Below, piece by piece: positions 43,649 to 52,258 of a DNA stretch of 64,000 bases. Every line of letters begins with the position of its first letter. Position 1 is the first letter of the stretch. Source of the DNA: Candidatus Brocadiia bacterium (GTDB lineage: Bacteria; Planctomycetota; Brocadiia; SM23-32); assembly GCA_046483385.1 (NCBI GenBank), contig JAWODG010000026.1, forward strand, positions 26,816 to 90,815. The letters run 5' to 3'. The notes beneath the pieces were generated by a model that did not search any database, was not told the origin of the DNA, and worked only from the letters and a program-made list of their open reading frames with translations. The translations under genes were made by a program, and so were the position numbers.

Positions 43649-44309
43649 CTTGCTGCTCCTCCCCGCGCGGCATCTTCTCACCGGGCGGCAACATTCCGCA
43701 GTTGACCCACACCTTCACGCCGATGTGGCCGTACTTGGTCCGGGCCTCGGTAAACCCGTAGTCGATCTTCGCCCGCAACGTCTGCAGGGGGAAGCGGCCC
43801 TCGATGACCTTCTCCCGGCGGCACATCTCCGAACCGCCCAGACGGCCGGCAACCTGAATCTTGACGCCCTCGGCGCCGGCGTTCATGGTCATCTCCGCCG
43901 ACCGGCGCAGGGCCCTGCGGAAGGAAGTGCGCCGCTCTATCTGCTGCGCCAGGTCTTCCGCGATGAGCTGCGCGTCAAGCTGAGGGTCTTCGACTTCCTC
44001 GATACTCACCTCGACGGGGTGGCCGGTCAACTCCTCCAGACCGTTCTTCAGTCGCTCGACCTCTACGCCCCGCCGGCCGATCATCAGGCCGGGCCGGGCG
44101 CAGCGGGCGGTCACGTGCACACTGTCGCGGGTGCGCTCGATTTCGATACGCGAGACGCCGGCGTAATAGTAGTGGTGCTTGATGTATGTGCGGATCTTCT
44201 GGTCTTCCACCAGGTAATCACCGAAGTGCTTTTTGTCCGCCACCCAGTGCGAACGCCAGTCCTCGGTGATACCCAGTCTCAGGCTTGTCGGGCGAACTTT
44301 CTGTCCCAT
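43632..44309 (-). CDS. rpsC: 30S ribosomal protein S3
   Basis: Starts MGQKVRPTSLRLGITEDWRSHW. The KH and C-terminal domains are typical. Confidence 0.95.
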   Translation of the reverse strand: MGQKVRPTSLRLGITEDWRSHWVADKKHFGDYLVEDQKIRTYIKHHYYYAGVSRIEIERTRDSVHVTARCARPGLMIGRRGVEVERLKNGLEELTGHPVEVSIEEVEDPQLDAQLIAEDLAQQIERRTSFRRALRRSAEMTMNAGAEGVKIQVAGRLGGSEMCRREKVIEGRFPLQTLRAKIDYGFTEARTKYGHIGVKVWVNCGMLPPGEKMPRGEEQQDAVNA

Positions 44310-44320
44310 GGGACCTCCCG

Positions 44321-44656
44321 TTATTGTCCGTCGTCCAGCACTATGTTTATGTGCGAGGTTCGGCTGCGGATGGTCTGCGTCCGGCCTCTCGCGGCCGCCC
44401 GGTATTTTTTCCGTGTCGGCCCCTCGTCCACCGTTGCCTCGGCTACATAGAGGCTTTCCATGTCGGCCTCCAGGCTTTCATCAGCATTGGTCATGGCCGA
44501 GCGCAGCACCTTGTCCACCATCTGGGCGGCACGCTTCGGCGTGGCACGCAGAATGCGCAGGGCGTCGTTCACGTGCTTGCCCCGCACCAGATCTACCACC
44601 AGCCTGGCCTTGCGGGCGGATATGGGTGCGTATCTGTGACTTGCGCGGAATTCCAT
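44321..44656 (-). CDS. rplV: 50S ribosomal protein L22
   Basis: The ATG at 44656 gives MEFRASHRYAPISARKARLVVDLVRGKHVNDAL. Confidence 0.92.
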   Translation of the reverse strand: MEFRASHRYAPISARKARLVVDLVRGKHVNDALRILRATPKRAAQMVDKVLRSAMTNADESLEADMESLYVAEATVDEGPTRKKYRAAARGRTQTIRSRTSHINIVLDDGQ

Positions 44657-44708
44657 CGTTGTCGTCTCGTCAGTTCGCGGAAGCAAATGCCGCAGCCGCC
44701 GGGGCCCT

Positions 44709-44981
44709 CTATCGGGCCTCCCTGCGGCCGCCGTGGCCCCGGAAAGTCCGGGTCAGGGCGAATTCACCCAGCTTGTGACCCACCATGTCCTCGGTCACGA
44801 AAACCTTGTCGAACGACCGGCCGTTGTGCACCAGGAACGTATGCCCGACGAAATCGGGGATGATGGTGCAGGCACGGGACCAGGTGCGTATCGGCTCCCG
44901 GCCGCCGGTATCCTTCTGCCGCATAACCTTCAGCAGGAGCTTCTCGTCAACGTACGGTCCTTTTTTCAGTGATCTACTCAC
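44709..44981 (-). CDS. rpsS: 30S ribosomal protein S19
   Basis: The GTG at 44981 (SD AGGAGG about 10 nt upstream) gives (M)[15 protein letters not shown]. Later contains GHKLGEF. The long track ORF running to 45251 overlaps rplB. Confidence 0.9.
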   Translation of the reverse strand: MSRSLKKGPYVDEKLLLKVMRQKDTGGREPIRTWSRACTIIPDFVGHTFLVHNGRSFDKVFVTEDMVGHKLGEFALTRTFRGHGGRREAR

Positions 44982-44986
44982 GCCGC

Positions 44987-45811
44987 CTATTTCCTCCTTC
45001 GCACTATGAAGCGGTCGCTGTATTTCTTTCGTTTTCGGGTCTTGCCGCCCTTGGCCAGCACGCCCGTGGGCGAGCAGGGGTGGCGGCCACCGGCCCGGCG
45101 ACCTTCGCCGCCGCCCATCGGATGACTGACCGGGTTCTGCGCCGTGCCGCGCACGTGGGGCCGGCGGCCCAGCCAGCGCGCGCGCCCCGCCTTGCCCAGC
45201 TTGACGTTCTGGTGGTCGGCGTTGCTCACGCGGCCAATCGTGCAGCGGCACTGTCCCGGGATGCGCCGGATCTCGCCGCTGGGCAGGATAACGTGCACGT
45301 ATCGGCCCTCCCGGGCGCTCACCTGCGCTCCGGAACCGGCGCTGCGGATGATCTGGCCGCCCTTGCCGGGTTTCAGCTCTACATTGTGAACGAACAGGCC
45401 CAGAGGCACGCGTCGCAGAGGCACGCAGTTGCCGGTGCGGGGCTCGGCGTCCGGGCCGCCCATGATCTGCTGCCCGACCTCCAGCCCCTCCGGGGCCAGG
45501 ATGTACCGCTTCTCGCCGTCCTCGTACTGCACGAGCGCGATGCGGGCGGAGCGGTTCGGGTCGTATTCGATGCTCACCACCTCGGCGGGCACGTCGTCTT
45601 TGTCCCGCTTGAAGTCGATCATGCGGTAACGGCGCTTGTGGCCGCCCCCGCGGAAGCGGGACGTCGTGTGCCCGTGGTTGTTGCGCCCGCCGGTCTTTTT
45701 CAGCGGTTTCAGCAGCGACTTCTCCGGCTCAGACCGCGTGATCTGAGCGAAGTCGCTCTTCGACATGTTCCGCCGTCCGGGCGTCGTCGGTTTGAGTGAT
45801 TTCGTTCCCAC
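44987..45811 (-). CDS. rplB: 50S ribosomal protein L2
   Basis: Contains [20 protein letters not shown] and MGGGEGR. Confidence 0.95.
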   Translation of the reverse strand: MGTKSLKPTTPGRRNMSKSDFAQITRSEPEKSLLKPLKKTGGRNNHGHTTSRFRGGGHKRRYRMIDFKRDKDDVPAEVVSIEYDPNRSARIALVQYEDGEKRYILAPEGLEVGQQIMGGPDAEPRTGNCVPLRRVPLGLFVHNVELKPGKGGQIIRSAGSGAQVSAREGRYVHVILPSGEIRRIPGQCRCTIGRVSNADHQNVKLGKAGRARWLGRRPHVRGTAQNPVSHPMGGGEGRRAGGRHPCSPTGVLAKGGKTRKRKKYSDRFIVRRRK

Positions 45812-45843
45812 GATTCTATCCTTCGCGTTTTATGTTCAGTTCG

Positions 45844-46128
45844 TCAGTAGCCTATGTCGATGGTGTCGCCGGGCCGGAGCCTGACCATGGCTTTCTTCCA
45901 CTTCGGCGTGCGGCCTACGTTCCATCGGACGCGCCGGGCTTTGCCCTTGACCCAGAGCGTGCGCACGTCCACGACCTTGCGGCCGGGGAACAGTTCCTCC
46001 ACGGCCTCGCGGATCATGCCCTTCGTCGCGTCCGGGTGAACCTCGAAGTGGTACGTGTTATTGGTCCGAATGTCCGCGACGCTCTTCTCGGTGTGCAGGG
46101 GTCTGCCTATGACCATGTGGCTATCCAT
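45844..46128 (-). CDS. rplW: 50S ribosomal protein L23
   Basis: Contains IGRPLHTEKSVADIRTNNTYHFEVHPDATKGMIREAVEELF. Confidence 0.9.
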   Translation of the reverse strand: MDSHMVIGRPLHTEKSVADIRTNNTYHFEVHPDATKGMIREAVEELFPGRKVVDVRTLWVKGKARRVRWNVGRTPKWKKAMVRLRPGDTIDIGY

Positions 46129-46789
46129 TGTCGATCACCCCCACGGTCTCGGACTCCTCTTGCGCAAACTCAGGAGCGGCGTCCAGAAACTGCCGGAGCG
46201 CCTCCACCGTAAAAACGACCCGTTGCGGCCGGATCACTTCGTAAGCGTTCAAGTTCTGCCAGCGGGTCATCGCGGAGCCCTCGATGTTGCGCGTGCAGCG
46301 CCAGAGGGTCTCCTCGTAATCCGGGAGCACTATCAGGAAGGTGCGTTCCACGCCCAGCCTTTTCAGGACGCCCGCCATCTCACGCGTCTTCGACTGCGGG
46401 AGTTGCAGCCTGTCTAACGCCAGCACCTCGCCGTCGAGCGCCTTGGCAAGGAAGGCGGAGTAGGTGGCACGGCGGCGGGCCTTCCTGTTCATCTTCTGGC
46501 GGAAGTCCCTGGGTCTGGGGCCGTGGGTAACCCCCCCGCCTTTCCAGATGGGGCTCCCGCGGTCGCCGTGTCGTGCACGCCCGGTGTGTTTCTGCCGCCA
46601 GGGCTTGCGCCGGCTGCGTATCACCTCATCGCGCGTCTTCGTGTGGGCCGTCCCCACCCGGCTGTTCGCTTCATGGGCCAGCACGGCCTGGCGAATCAGT
46701 TCGACGTTCGGCACGCCGCCCAGCGCAGCTTCATCCACCTGAAACTGCTCGACGATGTCGCCGTCGGTATTGTGTACCGGTATTTCCAT
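46121..46789 (-). CDS. rplD: 50S ribosomal protein L4
   Basis: Contains KTRDEVIRSRRKPWRQKHTGRARHGDRGSPIWKGGGVTHGPRPRD. Confidence 0.93.
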   Translation of the reverse strand: MEIPVHNTDGDIVEQFQVDEAALGGVPNVELIRQAVLAHEANSRVGTAHTKTRDEVIRSRRKPWRQKHTGRARHGDRGSPIWKGGGVTHGPRPRDFRQKMNRKARRRATYSAFLAKALDGEVLALDRLQLPQSKTREMAGVLKRLGVERTFLIVLPDYEETLWRCTRNIEGSAMTRWQNLNAYEVIRPQRVVFTVEALRQFLDAAPEFAQEESETVGVIDNG

Positions 46790-46826
46790 GGTTATCGTCC
46801 TGTGTTGCGCCTCATAGCGCCGGTGA

Positions 46827-47465
46827 TCACTGGCCGGGCGGCCTGGCCGCCGTGCGGACCTTCACGTAACTGCCGTTGCTTCCGGCCACCGAACCTTTCA
46901 CCAGCATCAGATTGTGTTCCGTATCTATCCGCACGACCTCCAGGTTGCGGATGGTCACCTTCTCGGCGCCCATGTGTCCCGCCATCTTCTTGCCCTTCAG
47001 CACGCGAGACGGGGTAGCGCTGGTGCCGATGGAGCCGCCGCGGCGTCCGAACCGGCCGCCGTGTGTCTCCGGCGCGCCGCTGAATCCGTGACGCCTGACG
47101 ACGCCCGCGAAGCCGCGCCCTTTGCTGACGCCCTGCACGTCCACGTGCGTGACGCCTTCGAAGATGTCCACGCGCAGGTCCTGCCCGGCCTCGGGCATTT
47201 CATCCCCGTCCGGGTCGACGTCCGCCAGAACCTTCTTGGGGCTGACGCCGGCCTTGCGGAAGTGGCCCATCAGCGGCTGGGGCGTGTTCTTCGGCTTGGC
47301 CTCGTCGAACCCGATCTGCACGGCCTCGGCGTTCTCCTTCTCGCCGCTTTTGACCTGCGTGACGGCACAAGGCCCGACCTGCAGCACGGTGACGGGTATG
47401 AGCCGACCTTCGTCGTCGAAGACCTGGGTCATCCCGATCTTTTTGCCGATCAACGTTTTAACCAT
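46827..47465 (-). CDS. rplC: 50S ribosomal protein L3
   Basis: The ATG at 47465 gives MVKTLIGKKIGMTQVFDDEGRLIPVTVLQVGPC. Later contains GSIGTSATPSRVLKGKKMAGHMG. Confidence 0.92.
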   Translation of the reverse strand: MVKTLIGKKIGMTQVFDDEGRLIPVTVLQVGPCAVTQVKSGEKENAEAVQIGFDEAKPKNTPQPLMGHFRKAGVSPKKVLADVDPDGDEMPEAGQDLRVDIFEGVTHVDVQGVSKGRGFAGVVRRHGFSGAPETHGGRFGRRGGSIGTSATPSRVLKGKKMAGHMGAEKVTIRNLEVVRIDTEHNLMLVKGSVAGSNGSYVKVRTAARPPGQ

Positions 47466-47859
47466 CTCAGCAACTTCCCGTAGATGCACGCGCTGAACCC
47501 GAAACTGCCGACACAATCCCTTCGGAAGCACTTCGGCACCGTTGCGCCGGGCAGACGCCCCTGGCTCCCATAGGGACCGGGGGAAGACGCATTAGAGCAT
47601 ACGCCCCGCGGGTTGTGAATGGAGACAACGAACAACTCGGCGGCCCCGGCAGATCGTTGCGACCTGACCCATCAGGGCTCGACAGGAGGCGCCAGCGGCG
47701 CCCTGGCCGACCCACCTACGGGGGTTCCACCCCTCGGCGCGCCGGTTCTATCCACAGCCGCCGACTTGCCAGCCTGCCGACAAGCAGGCTGGTAGACTCT
47801 ATCCGAAAGCCCGGCCCTCTTCGGCAACTCCGCCGGGCGGCCGACCTTTCGGCCAGAGC
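47466..47859 (-). other. 394-nt non-coding, hairpin-rich spacer between rpsJ and rplC
   Basis: No plausible ORF; all candidates are short with junk composition. Perfect inverted repeats occur at 47839-47854 (6 bp, 5 nt after the rpsJ stop), 47769-47792 (9 bp) and 47688-47702 (6 bp). Confidence 0.55.
47591..47619 (-). promoter_or_regulatory. weak candidate internal promoter for rplC and downstream genes
   Basis: The minus strand reads TTCACA, a 17-nt spacer, then TCTAAT, about 125 nt upstream of the rplC ATG. Each hexamer matches 5/6. Confidence 0.3.
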
Positions 47860-48168
47860 CTAAACCTTGATCTTTATCTCCACACCCGCGGGCACTTTGA
47901 GGTTGTTCAAAGCGTCCACCGTGTGAACCGTCGGCTCATGTATATCGATCAGCCGCTTGTGCGTCCGAATCTCGAACTGCTCTCGCGACCGCTTATCCAC
48001 GTGCGGGGAACGCAACACAGTGTATCGCTCGATGTGCGTGGGCAGAAGCACGGGGCCACTGACCCGGGCGCCGGTGCGGATCGCCGTCTCCACAATCTTC
48101 TGAGCCGATCGATCCAAGACGCGGTGGTCGTAGGCCTCCATCCGAATCCTGATCCGTTCCTGTGCCAC
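47860..48168 (-). CDS. rpsJ: 30S ribosomal protein S10
   Basis: GTG start gives (M)[28 protein letters not shown]. Later contains [15 protein letters not shown]. Confidence 0.95.
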   Translation of the reverse strand: MAQERIRIRMEAYDHRVLDRSAQKIVETAIRTGARVSGPVLLPTHIERYTVLRSPHVDKRSREQFEIRTHKRLIDIHEPTVHTVDALNNLKVPAGVEIKIKV

Positions 48169-48238
48169 TACTGCGCTCCGCTCTTGCTATTCTCACAAAA
48201 CAGTACGCGCCACCGACACTGCGGGCGCGAACAGAGGT

Positions 48239-48266
48239 ATTGTAGCGTACAAACCACACAAGTCAA
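48239..48266 (-). promoter_or_regulatory. near-consensus sigma70-type promoter for rpsJ (S10 operon)
   Basis: The minus strand reads TTGACT (48266-48261), a 16-nt spacer, then TACAAT (48244-48239), about 70 nt upstream of the rpsJ start. Confidence 0.55.
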
Positions 48267-48433
48267 GCGTCGGCGCACCGGACCGGCAGTTTTCGGCGCC
48301 CGGTCCAGGAGTGCCTGTCCCGATCTGCGCACCGTCGCTTTCTTGACCCGTGATTAGAGCATACAATGGAGCCGATTGCAAGCGACCATTCCGGTTTTTT
48401 CCCCGCTCTTCTTATCCCGCCGAGGCTCACCCC

Positions 48434-50071
48434 GTGAAGATAGCGCTGGCCCAGCTCAACATGACCGTCGGGGATGTGGACGGCAACGTCCGCAGGGCCC
48501 GCGAGGCCCTGCGAGAGGCCGTGCGGCAAGACGCTGACATAGTTGTCCTCCCGGAGCTGGCGCTCTCCGGCTATCCCCCGCAGGACCTGGCCGAGCGCCC
48601 GGCGTTCCTGCAGGCCAACGAGGAGGCCGTCGCCCAACTGGCCGATGCGACCGACGGCATCTGCTGCGTGGTCGGACATCTGGGCCGGCCGGACTCCCGC
48701 GCTGGACGCCCCGCCGCCAATCGCGCCTCGGTCCTCTGCGACGGCCGAGTAGTCACCACCCGAGACAAGACGCTGCTGCCCACCTACGACGTGTTCGACG
48801 AGGCGCGCTACTTTGAGCCGGCCGACGAGAATGGACCGGTCGAGGTCCGAGGCGGCCGGATAGGCCTGACCATCTGCGAGGACGCGTGGAACGATGCGGA
48901 ATTCTGGCCGCACCAGCGCTACCCCCACGATCCGGTGGAAGATCTGTCGCGTGCGGGTGTTGATTTCCTTATCAACATCGCCGCCTCCCCCTTCTCGGCG
49001 GGCAAACAGCAGTTCCGCCGCGCCATGCTCAGCACCACGGCGCGTCGGCACGGACTGCCGCTCTTTTACGTCAGCCTGGTCGGGGGCAACGATCAGCTCA
49101 TCTTCGACGGACGCAGCCTGGCCATTGACGCGCGGGGGCGGATTGTTGCGGAGGCGGTCGCCTTCCGGGAAGACATGCTTATCGTGGAGAGCGACGCGGA
49201 GGGCAGCACGGAGGCACCGCCCGAGCCGGGGGAGACGGAGGAGGTCTGGCAGGCCCTTCTGCTCGGCCTCAGCGACTACGCCCGCAAGTGCGGGTTCTCC
49301 GAGGCGGTGCTTGCCCTCAGCGGCGGCGTGGATTCCGCCCTGACGGCCGCGCTCGCCGCCCGGGCGTTGGGCGAGGAAAACGTGACGGCGCTCTTCCTGC
49401 CCAGCCGGTTCTCCAGCGAGGCAAGCGCCCGCGACGCACGCGCCGTTGCACGGATCCTGGGTATCGAATTCCACAACCTGTCGATCGAGGACCTGCGCCA
49501 GTGCGCTGACAGCACACTGGAGCCGGTCTTCGCGGGGACTGAACCGGGTGTGGCGGAGGAGAACATACAGGCGCGACTGCGGGGGATGCTGGTGATGGCC
49601 TACGCCAACAAGTTCGGCTGCCTGCCCCTGGCCACGGGCAACAAAAGCGAACTGGCGGTCGGCTACTGCACGCTGTACGGCGACATGGTCGGCGGACTGG
49701 CCGTCATAGGCGACGTGCCGAAAACCACCGTGTACGAACTGGCCCGCTACGCCAACCGCGACGTGGAGGTCATCCCCGAGTCCATCCTAACAAAGCCCCC
49801 CAGCGCCGAACTGAAGGAGGACCAGACGGACCAGGACGTGCTGCCCCCCTATCACGTGCTCGACCCCATCCTCCAGCTCTACGTTGAAGAGAACCTCGAA
49901 TTCGACGAGATAGTCGAGGAAGGCCACGATCCCGAGACCGTCCGGAGCGTGTTGCGGATGGTGGACCGGGCTGAGTTCAAACGCCGCCAGGCGCCCATCA
50001 CGCTACGTGTCACGCACAAGGCGTTCGGCCTCGGTCGCCGGCTGCCGGTGGCCCAGAACTGGCCGCGCTGA
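48434..50071 (+). CDS. nadE: glutamine-dependent NAD+ synthetase
   Basis: The GTG at 48434 gives (M)KIALAQLNMTVGDVDGN, the CN-hydrolase domain, which also contains LVVLPELALSGY and ICEDAW. The C-terminal synthetase domain has the PP-loop LALSGGVDSA. Confidence 0.9.
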   Translation: MKIALAQLNMTVGDVDGNVRRAREALREAVRQDADIVVLPELALSGYPPQDLAERPAFLQANEEAVAQLADATDGICCVVGHLGRPDSRAGRPAANRASVLCDGRVVTTRDKTLLPTYDVFDEARYFEPADENGPVEVRGGRIGLTICEDAWNDAEFWPHQRYPHDPVEDLSRAGVDFLINIAASPFSAGKQQFRRAMLSTTARRHGLPLFYVSLVGGNDQLIFDGRSLAIDARGRIVAEAVAFREDMLIVESDAEGSTEAPPEPGETEEVWQALLLGLSDYARKCGFSEAVLALSGGVDSALTAALAARALGEENVTALFLPSRFSSEASARDARAVARILGIEFHNLSIEDLRQCADSTLEPVFAGTEPGVAEENIQARLRGMLVMAYANKFGCLPLATGNKSELAVGYCTLYGDMVGGLAVIGDVPKTTVYELARYANRDVEVIPESILTKPPSAELKEDQTDQDVLPPYHVLDPILQLYVEENLEFDEIVEEGHDPETVRSVLRMVDRAEFKRRQAPITLRVTHKAFGLGRRLPVAQNWPR

Positions 50072-50092
50072 CGCGGCCAGCCGCCCTTCCTG

Positions 50093-50122
50093 TTGACAGC
50101 CCAAGCAGCATAATCGTACTAT
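50093..50122 (+). promoter_or_regulatory. candidate promoter for trpBA
   Basis: TTGACA (50093-50098), an 18-nt spacer, then TACTAT (50117-50122), 55 nt before the trpB ATG. This supports the shorter trpB start. Confidence 0.4.
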
Positions 50123-50176
50123 TTTATGGTGCCCGCAGCTTCCGGCGGCGCACCAACCCTGGCTCGGAAAGAGACG

Positions 50177-51400
50177 ATGAAGACGCAATTGCCCGACGCG
50201 AAAGGATACTTCGGCGACCACGGGGGGCGGTTCGTGCCCGAGACGCTCATGCCCGCCCTCGAGCAACTGACGGACGCCTACGCCGAGGCCCGTGACGACG
50301 AGGAGTTCCAGGAGGAACTGTCCTATTACCTGCGCGAATACGTGGGCCGGCCGAGCCCCCTGTATCTGGCCGAGCGGCTGACCGAACGGGTGGGAGGGGG
50401 CCGGATTTACCTGAAGCGCGAGGACCTGAACCACACCGGCGCCCACAAGATAAACAACGCGCTGGGCCAGGCGCTGCTCGCCGTCAGGATGGGCAAGCAA
50501 CGGGTCATCGCCGAAACCGGGGCCGGTCAGCACGGCCTGGCCACGGCCACGGCTGCGGCCATGTTCGGACTGGACTGCGAGGTGTACATGGGCACGGAGG
50601 ACATCCGCCGGCAGCGCCCCAACGTCCTCAAGATGAAGCTTCTGGGGGCGCGTGTGATTCCGGTCACGGCCGGTTCCCGCACGCTGAAGGACGCCTGCAA
50701 CGAGGCTCTGCGCGACTGGATGGGCAGCTTCGAGACCACGCACTACCTGTTCGGCAGCGTGGCCGGCCCCCACCCGTATCCCCTGATGGTGCGTGACTTC
50801 CAGACGGTCATCGGCCGGGAATCCCGTGAGCAGATTCTGGAAAAAGAGAACCGACTGCCCGACCTGCTGGTGGCCTGCGTCGGCGGTGGGAGCAACTCCA
50901 TCGGCCTGTTCTATCCGTTCCTTGACGACCAGTCGGTTCGCATGGTGGGCGTCGAAGCCGGCGGGCGCGGCCTGGCCGCGGGACAGCACGCCGCCACGCT
51001 TGTGGCCGGCAAACCGGGCGTGCTGCACGGCGCCCGCAGCTACGTGCTGCAGGACGAAGACGGCCAGACCGGCGAAGTCCATTCCGTCTCCGCCGGCCTG
51101 GACTACCCGGGCGTCGGCCCCGAGCACAGCTACCTGAAGGAGACCGGACGCGCCGTCTACACCTCCGTCACCGACGAGGAGGCCATCGAGGCCTTCCAAA
51201 CGCTCACACGCACAGAAGGGATTCTGCCCGCGCTGGAGAGCGCCCACGCGGTCGCCTACCTGCTCAAGGAGGAAAACCGGCCCGGCGAAGACGAGGTGGT
51301 GATCGTGAACCTGTCCGGCCGCGGTGACAAAGACGCCCAGGAGGTCATCCAGATACTGGGTCTGGAGGCGAAGGAAGGAGGGGCCGATGAACAGGATTGA
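50177..51400 (+). CDS. trpB: tryptophan synthase beta chain
   Basis: The ATG at 50177 gives [28 protein letters not shown]. Later contains [11 protein letters not shown] and GGGSNSIG. Confidence 0.93.
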   Translation: MKTQLPDAKGYFGDHGGRFVPETLMPALEQLTDAYAEARDDEEFQEELSYYLREYVGRPSPLYLAERLTERVGGGRIYLKREDLNHTGAHKINNALGQALLAVRMGKQRVIAETGAGQHGLATATAAAMFGLDCEVYMGTEDIRRQRPNVLKMKLLGARVIPVTAGSRTLKDACNEALRDWMGSFETTHYLFGSVAGPHPYPLMVRDFQTVIGRESREQILEKENRLPDLLVACVGGGSNSIGLFYPFLDDQSVRMVGVEAGGRGLAAGQHAATLVAGKPGVLHGARSYVLQDEDGQTGEVHSVSAGLDYPGVGPEHSYLKETGRAVYTSVTDEEAIEAFQTLTRTEGILPALESAHAVAYLLKEENRPGEDEVVIVNLSGRGDKDAQEVIQILGLEAKEGGADEQD

Positions 51401-52193
51401 CGCCCGTTTCCAGAGTCTGCGCCGGCAAGGCACCGCCGCCTTCATTCCCTTCTTCACCGCCGGTGACCCCGACCCCGAGACGACCGTCGACCTCCTGAAG
51501 CGGGTTGAGGAAGCCGGTGCGGACGTGGTCGAACTGGGGTTTCCCTATTCAGACCCCATCGCGGACGGCCCCACCATCCAGGACTCGTACCACCGGGCGT
51601 TGCAGAAGGGCGTTCGGGTGAGCCAGGTTTTCGACATGGTGCGCCGGGCGCGCGCCGACTGCGAGCTGCCCATCGTGGCCATGGCCTCCTACAGTCTGGT
51701 CTTCCGCATGGGGATGTCCGGGTTCATGGACCGATGTCTCGAAGCGGGCCTGGACGGTGCGACCGTACCCGACTTGCCGGTGGACGAAGCTGAACCATTT
51801 TTCAGCATGGCGAACGAGCGCGACTTCCGGCTCATATGCTTCGCCACACCCGCCACCAGCGAGCACCGGCGCAACCTGGTTGTCGAGCACGCGCGTGGGT
51901 TTATCTACTACATAGCCGTGCGCGGCATCACCGGGGAACGCGCGGAGCTGCCGGCCGATCTGGTGGACAACATCCAGAGCTTGAAGGCCCGCACGGACGT
52001 GCCCATAGCCGTCGGGTTCGGCATCTCGCGGCCGGAGCAGGCATCCGCCGTAGCGCAGCGGGCCGACGGCGTGATCGTCGGCAGCGCCATTGTGCGTCGT
52101 CTGGAAGCCGCGGCAGAAGCCGGGGAAGACCCCGTGAGGGCGGGTCTGGACTTCATCCGCGGGATGGCGACCGCCACCAAACAACCGAGCTGA
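51387..52193 (+). CDS. trpA: tryptophan synthase alpha chain
   Basis: The ATG at 51387 follows the SD AAGGAAGGAGG and overlaps the trpB 3' end by 14 nt. Contains [11 protein letters not shown] and [17 protein letters not shown]. Confidence 0.92.
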   Translation: MNRIDARFQSLRRQGTAAFIPFFTAGDPDPETTVDLLKRVEEAGADVVELGFPYSDPIADGPTIQDSYHRALQKGVRVSQVFDMVRRARADCELPIVAMASYSLVFRMGMSGFMDRCLEAGLDGATVPDLPVDEAEPFFSMANERDFRLICFATPATSEHRRNLVVEHARGFIYYIAVRGITGERAELPADLVDNIQSLKARTDVPIAVGFGISRPEQASAVAQRADGVIVGSAIVRRLEAAAEAGEDPVRAGLDFIRGMATATKQPS

Positions 52194-52258
52194 GCCGTCT
52201 GGCTTCGGGCCTTCGGCCGCCATTATAATGTGCACATGGATGCCTCACCGACCCCGCT

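Noticed and set aside
47467-47863. Short ORFs (61-82 aa, both strands) and a tRNA-like GGGGGTTCCACCCC element in the rpsJ-rplC spacer.
   Set aside because: The ORFs have junk composition and no SD. The putative T-arm has only a 5-nt loop and no acceptor, D or anticodon arms around it. I also saw no tmRNA, RNase P or SRP signature sequences.
48339-48367. TTGACC ... TACAAT on the plus strand upstream of nadE as a promoter.
   Set aside because: The spacer between the two good hexamers is only 13 nt. With 17-nt spacing the -35 would be TTTCTT, which is too weak to call.
50061-50078. GGCCGCG-CTGA-CGCGGCC hairpin spanning the nadE stop codon, considered as a terminator.
   Set aside because: The stem is only 7 bp, it overlaps the stop codon and no T-tract follows. 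This is insufficient to call.
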